Shown here one piece after another: positions 30,869 to 39,467 of a stretch of DNA of 64,000 nt; position 1 is the first letter of the stretch; every line of letters begins with the position of its first letter. The DNA is from an uncultured Pseudomonadales bacterium. GTDB taxonomy: Bacteria > Patescibacteriota > Microgenomatia > UBA1400 > Chazhemtobacteraceae. The DNA lies in assembly GCA_964422035.1 (NCBI GenBank), contig CAYQZQ010000001.1, positions 121,013-185,012 of the forward strand, read 5' to 3'. The notes under the pieces are model-generated. The model had not been told where the DNA came from, searched no databases, and saw only the letters and a program-made list of their open reading frames with translations. The position numbers and the translations under genes are program-made.

Positions 30869-32851
30869 TTATAAACTGTTTTTTATTTTTTCTTTTACCT
30901 TATTAACATCTTTTTGAGTTATGTTTTTTTTGGGGTTATTAAAATATAGCTTGAATGTGTGTTTACCTTTATATTCTGTAACGTATTGTGTTTTAAAAAT
31001 TAAGTCGTAAGACAGCAGTCTATTAAGGATTTGTCCTGTGGGCATGTCAGATTTGATGGTCATGTCTTCAATAACGATAGATGTTTCTGGTATTGGTTTA
31101 AATTTGTGAATTGGGGTGATGTTGTGACTTATGGCTTTAAAATCTAGATGAGCTATTATTACCTTATCCTTTATTTCAAATTTGCTGGTAATCTGAGGAT
31201 TGATTACTCCCAGATAGCCCAGTGCGTGCTCACCTGATTTGATTTGAGCAGTTTGGTTTGTAACAAAGGGTGGTGTTTCTTTTTGGATAGGAAGATAGGT
31301 GAAGTTAATTTTTAGGTAGTTAGATAGTGATTCTAAATAGCTTTTTGCGGAAAAGAAATCAAGTTCTTGAGTGGCTATGACTAAAGTTGGTATTTCGTCA
31401 GCCAGGTCCTTATCCTGTTGGGGAATGTATATGTTAGCGAGTTCGAAAATTCTTGTTGGTTGATTTGTGGTCCCAATATTTTTTGAAAGATTGTCAAGAA
31501 TTGAAGGAATAAGGGATGTCCGCATGTATTGATGTTCTTCAGACAAAGGATTGTTGAGTTTGAATTTTGTTTGAAGTTTTAGATTGCATTTATCAAAAAT
31601 TTCTTTAGATACAAGGGATCTGTTATAGATTTCTGTAAAACCCAAATGAGTTAATATCTGCTTTGCTGTGTGTTCATGTTTTAAAGCGTTGTTGATTGGT
31701 TGAGTATATGGCTTTGTTTTTGGCAGCTTGCTTGGTAGCGAAAAATATCCAGATATTCTGGTTATCTCTTCAGCTAAGTCCTCCTTAATGTTGATGTCGT
31801 GATGTCTCCAAGAAGGAACTTTGCAGTTTAAAGTTTTGTTTCCAGAAACTTTAAAACCTAGATTGGTGAGAATTTTCTTAACTTTTTGTTTTTTCATTTT
31901 TTGACCTACAAATGAATTGAGCCATTCTAGGTCTATCTTAACTACTTTTTCTTCAATAGGGTCAGGGTAGATGTCTAATACAGAAGATGAAATTTTTGCT
32001 CCGGCTCTTTTTTGTAGTAACTTAACGCCTTCAATTAGCACGGGTATAACAAGTTCTGGATCTGGTTGTTTTTCAAATATCTGGGAGGCTAAGGTTCTGT
32101 GTTGTGTGTATAAGGATGTTCTGCGAATGCGTTCAGGGTTGTAGTTTTGGACAAATAGAAGAATGTTAGTTGTATTTTGGTCTACCTTACTTGATTTACC
32201 TCCCATAATTCCACATAGATCAATGAGTTTTTCTTGGCCGTCTTCAATTACAATATCGTCACCTTTTAATTTGATTTCTTTTTTATCTAGAGTGGTTATG
32301 GTTTCACCTTTTTTGCTGGTTCTAATAATCATTGTATTTTTGGAGATTTTATCTAGATCAAAAATATGAACAGGTTGTCCGTATTTTAGAGTCAGTTCGT
32401 TTGAGATGTCGATAATGTTGTTTAAAGGTCTTTGTCCTGAAAGCTCAAGTTGTTTTTTAAGTTTTTCTGGAGACTCTTGCACATTAACATCCTTGAGAGT
32501 TATTGCAGTGAACCTGGGTACTAGAGAGCTATCCATAATTTGTACTTTGACAGGTTTGTTTTTGGGTAGTTCTCCTAGGTCAGACAGAAAGTTCTGGTAG
32601 GGATTGTTGATTAGCTCTGCATCGATATCGAATTGAGGAAGTATAACGCTTGCTTCTCTAGCAATACCCAGTGCACTAGCGGAATCAATCCGATTGGTTA
32701 TTATCTCTATATGATAAATCCAGTCCTTATCAGTTTTTATAACTTGGTCAACAGTGGGACCACAAAGAGAAAGTTTATCAGCAATTGTTTTTGGCCTAGC
32801 TCGTGTTTTCAGAAAATCTTTGAGTAGACTGTGTGGTAATTTAATGTCCAT
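30869..32851 (-). CDS. pheT: phenylalanine--tRNA ligase beta subunit (short form, no N-terminal tRNA-binding domain)
   Basis: B3/B4 and catalytic-like core. 660 aa. Lies directly downstream of pheS. Confidence 0.85.
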   Translation of the reverse strand: MDIKLPHSLLKDFLKTRARPKTIADKLSLCGPTVDQVIKTDKDWIYHIEIITNRIDSASALGIAREASVILPQFDIDAELINNPYQNFLSDLGELPKNKPVKVQIMDSSLVPRFTAITLKDVNVQESPEKLKKQLELSGQRPLNNIIDISNELTLKYGQPVHIFDLDKISKNTMIIRTSKKGETITTLDKKEIKLKGDDIVIEDGQEKLIDLCGIMGGKSSKVDQNTTNILLFVQNYNPERIRRTSLYTQHRTLASQIFEKQPDPELVIPVLIEGVKLLQKRAGAKISSSVLDIYPDPIEEKVVKIDLEWLNSFVGQKMKKQKVKKILTNLGFKVSGNKTLNCKVPSWRHHDINIKEDLAEEITRISGYFSLPSKLPKTKPYTQPINNALKHEHTAKQILTHLGFTEIYNRSLVSKEIFDKCNLKLQTKFKLNNPLSEEHQYMRTSLIPSILDNLSKNIGTTNQPTRIFELANIYIPQQDKDLADEIPTLVIATQELDFFSAKSYLESLSNYLKINFTYLPIQKETPPFVTNQTAQIKSGEHALGYLGVINPQITSKFEIKDKVIIAHLDFKAISHNITPIHKFKPIPETSIVIEDMTIKSDMPTGQILNRLLSYDLIFKTQYVTEYKGKHTFKLYFNNPKKNITQKDVNKVKEKIKNSL

Positions 32852-32852
32852 A

Positions 32853-33869
32853 TTATGTTTGTTGTAAAAATCTTAAATCTGAAGTGTAAAGATCTCTTAG
32901 ATTATCTGAAACTTGATGTTTCATCATGATAATTCTTTCGATACCCCATCCAAATGCAAACCCAGTGAATTTGTCAGGATCAATACCACCGTTTTTTAAT
33001 ACTTTGGGGTGAACCATGCCGGCCCCACCTAGTTCTAACCAGCCAGCTTTGCACACCTGACATTCTTTGTTATCGATTGTGCCTTTACCCTTGCAGATGT
33101 GACAACTAATATCTACCTCAAATGACGGTTCGGTAAATTGAAATTGATGAGGGCGTAATCTAATCTTTTGATTTTTTGCGAAGTAGTTTTTGACAAAATA
33201 ATTAGATACTCCTATTAAGTGAGTCATGTTAATATTTTTGTCAATCATTAACCCTTCGAACTGGTGAAACATTGGAGAGTGAGTATGAGAAGATTGTCTC
33301 CTGTATGTTTTTGAGATATTTATCATTTTAATTGGAGGTTTAGATGACTCCATCTCTCTGAGTTGGCCGTTGGATGTGTGTGCTGTAAGTACAATGTCAT
33401 CAGAGAAGTAGAATGTTTCTTGTTCATCTCTGGCTGGGTGATTTTTGGGAATATTTAAGCCTTCTGCGTAGTACCAGTCTGATTCAATCTCAGGATAGCG
33501 TCGCCTGACGAATCCTAATTTTTTAAAGATGTCTTCGACTTCTTCAATAGCTTCGCTTATAAGGTGCAAGTGTCCTGTTGGAATTTTTTCTTCCGGACTT
33601 AAGGGTCTTGTTACATCAATTGATTGTTTTGTCTTCTTTTTATTGATGATCTTTTTTTGTTGTGTAATAAGCTTTTTGATAGCATTTTTGGTTTTATTTA
33701 TAGTCTTACCTTTAGTTTTAAGTTGCTTTTTGGGAATTGAGTTTAGGTATTGATTAATTTCTCCGTTTCTGCCTAAGTATTGAATCTCTATCTTTTCGAG
33801 TTCAGAAGAATTTTCAGTGCTTTCTATTTTTGATTTGGCTTGGGATTTGATTTTATTTAAGCTGGCCAT
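32853..33869 (-). CDS. pheS: phenylalanine--tRNA ligase alpha subunit
   Basis: Class II aaRS motifs FTEPSFEVD and GWLELGGAGMVHP. Confidence 0.9.
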   Translation of the reverse strand: MASLNKIKSQAKSKIESTENSSELEKIEIQYLGRNGEINQYLNSIPKKQLKTKGKTINKTKNAIKKLITQQKKIINKKKTKQSIDVTRPLSPEEKIPTGHLHLISEAIEEVEDIFKKLGFVRRRYPEIESDWYYAEGLNIPKNHPARDEQETFYFSDDIVLTAHTSNGQLREMESSKPPIKMINISKTYRRQSSHTHSPMFHQFEGLMIDKNINMTHLIGVSNYFVKNYFAKNQKIRLRPHQFQFTEPSFEVDISCHICKGKGTIDNKECQVCKAGWLELGGAGMVHPKVLKNGGIDPDKFTGFAFGWGIERIIMMKHQVSDNLRDLYTSDLRFLQQT

Positions 33870-33887
33870 AGAGTTATTTTAATACAC

Positions 33888-33912
33888 AAAAAAACCTCCC
33901 GCTATGGGGAGG
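33888..33912 (-). terminator. intrinsic terminator-like hairpin (CCUCCC/GGGAGG stem plus U7) after rplT, 18 nt before the pheS start
   Basis: Minus-strand RNA cctccccatagcgggagg followed by ttttttt. Confidence 0.55.
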
Positions 33913-34047
33913 CCCTATATATGCCAAAAGCAACCTCCCTCATGTCAAGATTTTAAACAAACTTGCTGGGTGGTTGCTTCTCGCTATCTGCATGTAATTT
34001 GTCATGCTAGTGGAACATTATAAGGATAATGATAATAAAGTCAAGTT

Positions 34048-34401
34048 TTATTTTTGCGCCCTGTCAACGATCTTTTCAAAAACTTTGGGTTGTTTAAAGG
34101 CAAAGTAAGCTAGTATTTTTCGATTAAGATTTATGTTGTCTTCTTTTAGGGCATGAATGAATCGAGAGTATCTCATTGGAGTTTTTTGACTTGAAAGAGC
34201 GGCATTAATTCTCTGAATCCAAAGGCGTCTCATCTGTCTCTTTCTCTGTTTTCTGCCAATAAATGAGTATTCTCCTGCATGAAGAAGCATTTCGTGAGCT
34301 CTTTTGTAGAGTTTTGAGTAGGTAAGGCGGTAGCCTTTAGTTTGTTTTAAAACTTTTTTATGTTTTCTTCTTCTGATTGGGCCTGTTTTTGATCTTGCCA
34401 T
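34048..34401 (-). CDS. rplT: 50S ribosomal protein L20
   Basis: MARSKTGPIRRRKHKKVLKQTKGYR. Confidence 0.9.
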   Translation of the reverse strand: MARSKTGPIRRRKHKKVLKQTKGYRLTYSKLYKRAHEMLLHAGEYSFIGRKQRKRQMRRLWIQRINAALSSQKTPMRYSRFIHALKEDNINLNRKILAYFAFKQPKVFEKIVDRAQK

Positions 34402-34402
34402 A

Positions 34403-34597
34403 TTAAATTCCTAACATTTTTTTAATTTTTTTAGCTTGTTTACCTTTGATTTCAATCCATTGAGTTTTTTGACTCTTGTTTTTCTTTCTCTTTAGATGTC
34501 GTCGGCCCACTTTTCTTCGAAAAAGTCTGCCTGTGCTTGTTACTTTAATTCTATCTTTTAGAATTTGTCTGGTTTTTATTTTATTTTTTTTGCTCAT
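34403..34597 (-). CDS. rpmI: 50S ribosomal protein L35
   Basis: MSKKNKIKTRQILKDRIKVTSTGRLFRRKVGRRHL. Start set at the internal Met, giving an ATGA overlap with the infC stop. Confidence 0.8.
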   Translation of the reverse strand: MSKKNKIKTRQILKDRIKVTSTGRLFRRKVGRRHLKRKKNKSQKTQWIEIKGKQAKKIKKMLGI

Positions 34598-35106
34598 GAG
34601 TTTGGTTTTAATTGTGCCATGTATAGTTTGCCGCGCCATTTGGGTTCTTGATTTACGTTGGCTATATCAGATAATTTTTTAATTGCTTTGTTCATTAATT
34701 CTTTGCCAAATTCTTTGCGTGTAATTTGGCGACCGACAAATTTTACCACAAGTTTGACCGGATGGCCTTCGTTTAAGAAGTCTCTAGCCTTGTCAAGACG
34801 TGTTTCAAAATCATTATCTGCCATAAAAGGAGTAAATCTGATTTCTTTCACGTCTGTAGCTTTTGATTTGGCCCCACTTGATTTTGTCTTTTTGTCTTCA
34901 AGATATTTGAATTTGTTAAAGTCAATGATCTTGGCGACTGGAGGTTTAGCTTTTTTGGCGACTAGTACTAGATCTAAATGTTTGCTTTTAGCGAGATTTA
35001 GAGCGTCTGATTTAGACATTACTCCTACCTGCTCTCCATCTTCATCGACTATTCTTAGCTTGTCAGCTTTGATGTATTCGTTGGTGGGGTAGTATTTTTT
35101 ACCGAT
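34594..35106 (-). CDS. infC: translation initiation factor IF-3 with a probable non-AUG start
   Basis: The reading frame upstream of the first Met encodes ...NEYIKADKLRIVDEDGEQVGV, which matches the conserved IF3 N-terminal segment. The frame is open up to a stop at 35116-35118, and the candidate start is AUC at 35104-35106. The exact start is uncertain. Confidence 0.8.
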   Translation of the reverse strand: MGKKYYPTNEYIKADKLRIVDEDGEQVGVMSKSDALNLAKSKHLDLVLVAKKAKPPVAKIIDFNKFKYLEDKKTKSSGAKSKATDVKEIRFTPFMADNDFETRLDKARDFLNEGHPVKLVVKFVGRQITRKEFGKELMNKAIKKLSDIANVNQEPKWRGKLYMAQLKPNS

Positions 35107-35156
35107 AAAACGTTTTTATAAATTATTAATTGAACGGACAATAAGGCTGTATTTTA

Positions 35157-36917
35157 TCATTCAATGGCCTTGTCATCAATTTTTTTAGTGATAAGATCGA
35201 TAAATTTAGATAAAGACATCACTCCTAAATCATTTTCACCTCTCTGTCTAACAGAGATTTGATTATTGTCCACTTCTTTTTGGCCAATGATAATCATGTA
35301 AGGAGTTTTCTGTCTTTCTGCATCTCTGATTTTTTTACCTAATGATTGATCAGATTGGTTAAGTTGTGCCCTGAGATTGTTTTCTTTAAATTTCATTAAG
35401 ATATTATTTGCATAAGTGGTTTGATTTTCAGAAATGGTTAGGATTTCTACTTGTAAGGGAGACAGCCAGACAGGGAAATTCCCTCCAAGATGTTCAATTA
35501 AAATAGAAATAAACCTCTCAATTGAGCCCATTATAGCTGCATGAACCATATAAATTCTCTCTTCCTCGCCGTCTTGGTTGATGCAGGTAAGATCAAATCT
35601 TTCAGGAAGATTCATGTCTAGTTGATTGGTCCCTACCTGCCACTCTCTTCCTAGTGAGTCTTTGGCAATAAAATCAATTTTTGGTCCGTAGAAGGCGGCT
35701 TCGCCTACTTTTTCTTTAACGTCTACTCCTCTATCTTTGGCGATTTCTCTAAGAATATCCTCTGCTTGTTGCCATTCTTGCTTGTCACCAAGATATTCTT
35801 CAGGCTTGTCAGGATCGTGTAGTGAAAGATGAATATCTAGATCAAAATTGAATATTGAGTAAAACTCATCAATAATGTCCCAAATAATACCCATTTCTTG
35901 TTTTATCTGTTCTAGCCGGCAAAAAACATGTGAATCGTCTTGTGTTAATGATCTGACTCTTGAGAGACCCGACAGTTCTCCGGTTTGTTCATCTCTGTAA
36001 ACCATTGTGGTGTTGCAGTATCTTTGAGGTAAGTCTCTATAACTGTGAAGTTTTCGTTTATAGATCTGAATGTGGTGAGGACAGTTCATGGGTTTTAAAG
36101 CAAACTGGTGATCTTCTCTGGATTGTATTTTGAAAAGTTCATCCTTAAATTTATCCCAGTGACCACTTTGTTCGTACAGACCTTTTTTGCTGATATGAGG
36201 GATCTCAACTGCTTGATAGTCATGCCTATTTCGTAATTGAGATACATAATTATCAAGTAATTGTCTTAGTTTTGTGCCTTTTGGTGTCCACATTGGTAAA
36301 CCTGGCCCTACTAGCTTTGAAAACATGAATAAGTCTAGCTTCTTGCCTAGTTTTTTATGATCTCTTTTTTCTGCTTGCCTCTTTTGCTCTAAATACTTAT
36401 CAAGGTTTTTTTCTGATTTAAAAGCGGTACCATAAATTCGAGTGAGCATTTGATTTTTTTCATCTCCATGCCAGTATGCACCTGCCACTGAAAGTAATTT
36501 AAAGGTGCTAATTTCTCCTGTTGAATTTAAGTGTGGGCCTTTGCATAGGTCGACAAAAGAATCCTTATTCTCTGGTTTTCCTGTCCAGTATATGCTTAGT
36601 TTCTCTCCCCTACTTTGTGCTTGATCAATCCACTCTTGTTTATATGGGTTGTTTTTGAATAATTGTCTTGCTTCTTCTGGTGAGATTTCTTGTTGGGTTA
36701 TGGGCAAGTCTTTGTCGATAATTTTTTGCATCTCTTTTTCTAGTTTGGGAAAATCTTCTTTTGAAATTGAAAATCCAGGATGACTGTCAAAATCAAAATA
36801 AAAACCATCTTCAATTGCAGGCCCCATTGCTTTGGTGATTTTGTTTCCATAGAGATTCTCCATGGCTTGCATGAGTACGTGCTCAGTTGAGTGGCGGATT
36901 TTTTCAAGTTGTGACAT
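35157..36917 (-). CDS. thrS: threonine--tRNA ligase (no N-terminal TGS domain)
   Basis: HSTEHVLMQAM editing-domain motif and class II core. The anticodon-binding C-terminus matches ThrRS. Confidence 0.9.
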   Translation of the reverse strand: MSQLEKIRHSTEHVLMQAMENLYGNKITKAMGPAIEDGFYFDFDSHPGFSISKEDFPKLEKEMQKIIDKDLPITQQEISPEEARQLFKNNPYKQEWIDQAQSRGEKLSIYWTGKPENKDSFVDLCKGPHLNSTGEISTFKLLSVAGAYWHGDEKNQMLTRIYGTAFKSEKNLDKYLEQKRQAEKRDHKKLGKKLDLFMFSKLVGPGLPMWTPKGTKLRQLLDNYVSQLRNRHDYQAVEIPHISKKGLYEQSGHWDKFKDELFKIQSREDHQFALKPMNCPHHIQIYKRKLHSYRDLPQRYCNTTMVYRDEQTGELSGLSRVRSLTQDDSHVFCRLEQIKQEMGIIWDIIDEFYSIFNFDLDIHLSLHDPDKPEEYLGDKQEWQQAEDILREIAKDRGVDVKEKVGEAAFYGPKIDFIAKDSLGREWQVGTNQLDMNLPERFDLTCINQDGEEERIYMVHAAIMGSIERFISILIEHLGGNFPVWLSPLQVEILTISENQTTYANNILMKFKENNLRAQLNQSDQSLGKKIRDAERQKTPYMIIIGQKEVDNNQISVRQRGENDLGVMSLSKFIDLITKKIDDKAIE

Positions 36918-36949
36918 AGTTTGATTGTAACAGTTTAGATTGTGACAAG

Positions 36950-36971
36950 AAAAAACCTCCCTTTTGGGAGG
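36950..36971 (-). terminator. intrinsic terminator-like hairpin (CCUCCC/GGGAGG stem plus U6) about 33 nt upstream of thrS
   Basis: Minus-strand RNA cctcccaaaagggagg followed by tttttt. Confidence 0.55.
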
Positions 36972-37069
36972 TAAGACTTAGCCATTATCCTAACTCCTGT
37001 TTACATAAATCTTGTAGTAAGTGGATAAAACCTCATAACTATTATTGTACTTTTTGGGATTAGATATTG

Positions 37070-37321
37070 TCAAAGTGTGTTAATAGGTATTGAAGGGTTG
37101 TGTTTTGATAAAGCCTGTTGTGTGACACTGATAATTTTGGCTATCCATCCTCCGATTATGGGTAGTCCGCCTAATGCAGAAATAATACTAGATGTAATAA
37201 GTACTAGTAATGATACCCCTAAAGTCATACCTAACACCCAACCTATTCCTCCAATAAATTTCACAAAGAATATTCTTTTTATTGAATCTCTTGGATTTTT
37301 AGCTTTAAGCTGTTGAGGCAT
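37070..37321 (-). CDS. small two-helix membrane protein, hypothetical
   Basis: Gly-rich hydrophobic helices (IGGIGWVLGMTLGVSLLVL, GGLPIIGGWIAKII). A same-size ORF on the opposite strand exists, so the strand call is uncertain. Confidence 0.3.
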   Translation of the reverse strand: MPQQLKAKNPRDSIKRIFFVKFIGGIGWVLGMTLGVSLLVLITSSIISALGGLPIIGGWIAKIISVTQQALSKHNPSIPINTL

Positions 37322-37348
37322 TTGAATTTTATTTTATCATTAAAAAAG

Positions 37349-37421
37349 TGAGCCCGATTGGATTTGAACCAATGACCTTTGCGATGTCAACGCAACGCTC
37401 TGCCAGCTGAGCTACGGGCTC
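37349..37421 (-). tRNA. tRNA-Val (anticodon GAC)
   Basis: Cloverleaf GAGCCCG/CGGGCTC acceptor stem, GTTCAAATC T-loop, anticodon loop TTGACAT. Confidence 0.9.
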
Positions 37422-37463
37422 AGGCATGAATAATTTTATCACAAACTTTGAAAAGTAGGAGAA

Positions 37464-37997
37464 TTAACCAATTGAAGTTGCAACCTGTCGTTCGCTAGAG
37501 AGCATGTATTTGGTGCCTTGCTTTTTGACTTGACCCCAGTAGTAGCTTTTCTTGATACTTCTTTGGTTATATATGTGTAGCCAGGTACTGGCATTTTCGA
37601 TGTTCTTTTTGGTTAATTCAATTATTTGTCTTAGGTGATCTAAAAAGTTTTTCTGATATTGACCAGCTTCTTTAACAGGGGTTTCGACGGCGCTTTTAAC
37701 TTCTTTGTCCAAGTTTTTGATTGAGCTTGAAAGTTCTTTCAATTGAGCTTGGATCTCGTGAATTCTCTCTTGCTCTTGCTGTTTTTTTTGAGAATATACC
37801 TCATTAAACCTTTTTTTCTGGGATTCAAAGAATTCTTGTTTTCTTTTCTCTTCCAGTTGTTTTTCTTTTTGCAGGCTCTCTAGGTTTGTTTTTCTATTAA
37901 TTTCTGATTGTGAGGTACGACGATTCCTCAAGGCTTCTAGAAAGCTTTGAATTTTAGGATTCGTATTGGGCTTTTGTGATTTGTTGCCTGAGTTCAT
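37464..37997 (-). CDS. hypothetical charged coiled-coil protein
   Basis: K/E/Q-rich heptad-like sequence. No known motif recognised. Confidence 0.4.
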   Translation of the reverse strand: MNSGNKSQKPNTNPKIQSFLEALRNRRTSQSEINRKTNLESLQKEKQLEEKRKQEFFESQKKRFNEVYSQKKQQEQERIHEIQAQLKELSSSIKNLDKEVKSAVETPVKEAGQYQKNFLDHLRQIIELTKKNIENASTWLHIYNQRSIKKSYYWGQVKKQGTKYMLSSERQVATSIG

Positions 37998-38011
37998 TAG
38001 GCCCTATAATA

Positions 38012-38911
38012 TCAAAGGTTAAGTAGGGAGTCAATAGCTTTTCTTTTCTTAAGAATTGACTTTACATATTCTCTTTGATTGGGGTTATCAAGTTGTTTTT
38101 TGGCCTTTTCGTCTCCTGAGGCATTAATCATCTTATCAACTTCTTCTTGATTTACTTGAATATCCATATCTTGGACAATTTTCTCAATGATGAGCTCGAG
38201 TTTTAGATTTTCCTGGGCTGTTTTTGTGTATTGTTCTTTAAGGTCATCTGCTGTTTTACCAATGGATTCGAGATATTCTTCGATTGAGACACCAAGCTGT
38301 TCAGTTTGATCAACAAGTCTAGATAATGATCTTTGAACTTCTGATTCTATAATTGGTTGCGGTACTTTAAGGTCAATTTTTTCTTTAAGTACTTCAAAGA
38401 TTTTAGTTAGTTTCTGCTGTTGTGTTTGAGCTTTTTCTTGAGGTTTTTGTTCTTCTTCACCTTTGTCGGGTGTCCAGATGTCAGAAGCCGCTAAGGCGTC
38501 TTTAATGTTTTTTTTGTAGTCACCAAGATCAATTTCTGGCAATAGTGGTAGCTGTAGACTGATTTTCCAGTCATCGTTATCTGGGTTTACCAGTTTTGTG
38601 AGGCGTGGGTTGCCTATTAAGCTTAGATCATGCTCTTGGAGGGTTTGAGTTATTGTTTGGGGGAGAATTAGATCAAGTAATGTGGAGCTTACTTTTTGGC
38701 TGCCAAAGTGCTCTTCTACTTTCTTTAGGGGGGCATTTCCTTTGCGAAAGCCTTTAATTTCTACTTGTTTTTGTAATTTGCTTAAAGCTTTATCTTTTGT
38801 ATCTTTAATTAATTTTTTAGGAAGATTTATGGTAACGTTTGCAACGTTGTCTTTTGTCTCTCCCAGTTTTGTTTTTATTGGCAATTCTTTCTTTTTGTTG
38901 TCTTTAGTCAT
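38012..38911 (-). CDS. tig: trigger factor, short form probably lacking the PPIase domain
   Basis: EIKGFRKGNAPLKKVEEHFG matches the ribosome-binding GFRxGxxP signature of the TF N-domain. 299 aa versus about 430 aa usually. Confidence 0.7.
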   Translation of the reverse strand: MTKDNKKKELPIKTKLGETKDNVANVTINLPKKLIKDTKDKALSKLQKQVEIKGFRKGNAPLKKVEEHFGSQKVSSTLLDLILPQTITQTLQEHDLSLIGNPRLTKLVNPDNDDWKISLQLPLLPEIDLGDYKKNIKDALAASDIWTPDKGEEEQKPQEKAQTQQQKLTKIFEVLKEKIDLKVPQPIIESEVQRSLSRLVDQTEQLGVSIEEYLESIGKTADDLKEQYTKTAQENLKLELIIEKIVQDMDIQVNQEEVDKMINASGDEKAKKQLDNPNQREYVKSILKKRKAIDSLLNL

Positions 38912-38990
38912 GTGTATTAATAAATTTGTATAATGTTTGATTTACTCGCATCATTATAACATCCATGCTGTTTATTGATAAAATTAATAT

Positions 38991-39398
38991 ATGTTTGTTT
39001 GTAAAAATTGCAATAGAGAAATAAGTGAGGATGCTTTAGGCACAGAGTACAGAAATCATTGTCCTGATTGTTTATATAGTGTTCATCTTGATGAGAAGAG
39101 CCCTGGTGATAGAATGTCTGGCTGTAAAGGGTTAATGAAACCGATTGGATTGCAGTTTAAAAATGAGTCAGGAGGAAAGGGTGAGATCATGATCGTGCAC
39201 AGGTGTAAGGGTTGTGGCAAAATAAGTAAAAATAGAATTGCTGGTGATGATAAGCCAGAAGCTATTTTGGAGGTTTTTAGGAAAAGTCTGAATGAGGAGG
39301 GTGAGGTTAGTCTTTTGGATAAAGAAGATGAGAAGGAAGTATTGACACAATTATTTGGAAAGCCTTGGGTAGAAGAACACTTTAATAAGCCGAAGTAG
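38991..39398 (+). CDS. RNHCP-domain zinc-ribbon protein
   Basis: The literal motif EYRNHCPDC followed by a second CxxC pair (CKGCGK). Confidence 0.65.
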   Translation: MFVCKNCNREISEDALGTEYRNHCPDCLYSVHLDEKSPGDRMSGCKGLMKPIGLQFKNESGGKGEIMIVHRCKGCGKISKNRIAGDDKPEAILEVFRKSLNEEGEVSLLDKEDEKEVLTQLFGKPWVEEHFNKPK

Positions 39399-39461
39399 CT
39401 CAACTGGTAGAGCGGCAGTATCGTAAACTGCAGGTAGTGGGTTCGAGTCCCACCTTCGGCT
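39389..39461 (+). tRNA. tRNA-Thr (anticodon CGT)
   Basis: GCCGAAG/CTTCGGC acceptor stem, anticodon loop ATCGTAA, GGTTCGAGTCC T-arm. The 5' end overlaps the last 10 nt of the upstream CDS. Confidence 0.9.
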
Positions 39462-39467
39462 CCAGTA

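Noticed and set aside
34476-35092. Plus-strand ORFs 34476-34682 and 34658-35092 across rpmI/infC
   Set aside because: Antisense to the conserved ribosomal protein/IF3 genes in the canonical thrS-infC-rpmI-rplT operon.
37077-37316. Plus-strand 79-aa ORF mirroring the minus-strand small membrane protein
   Set aside because: Equal-length antisense partner. The minus-strand version has more typical Gly-zipper TM helices and matches the local gene orientation, but neither can be proven.
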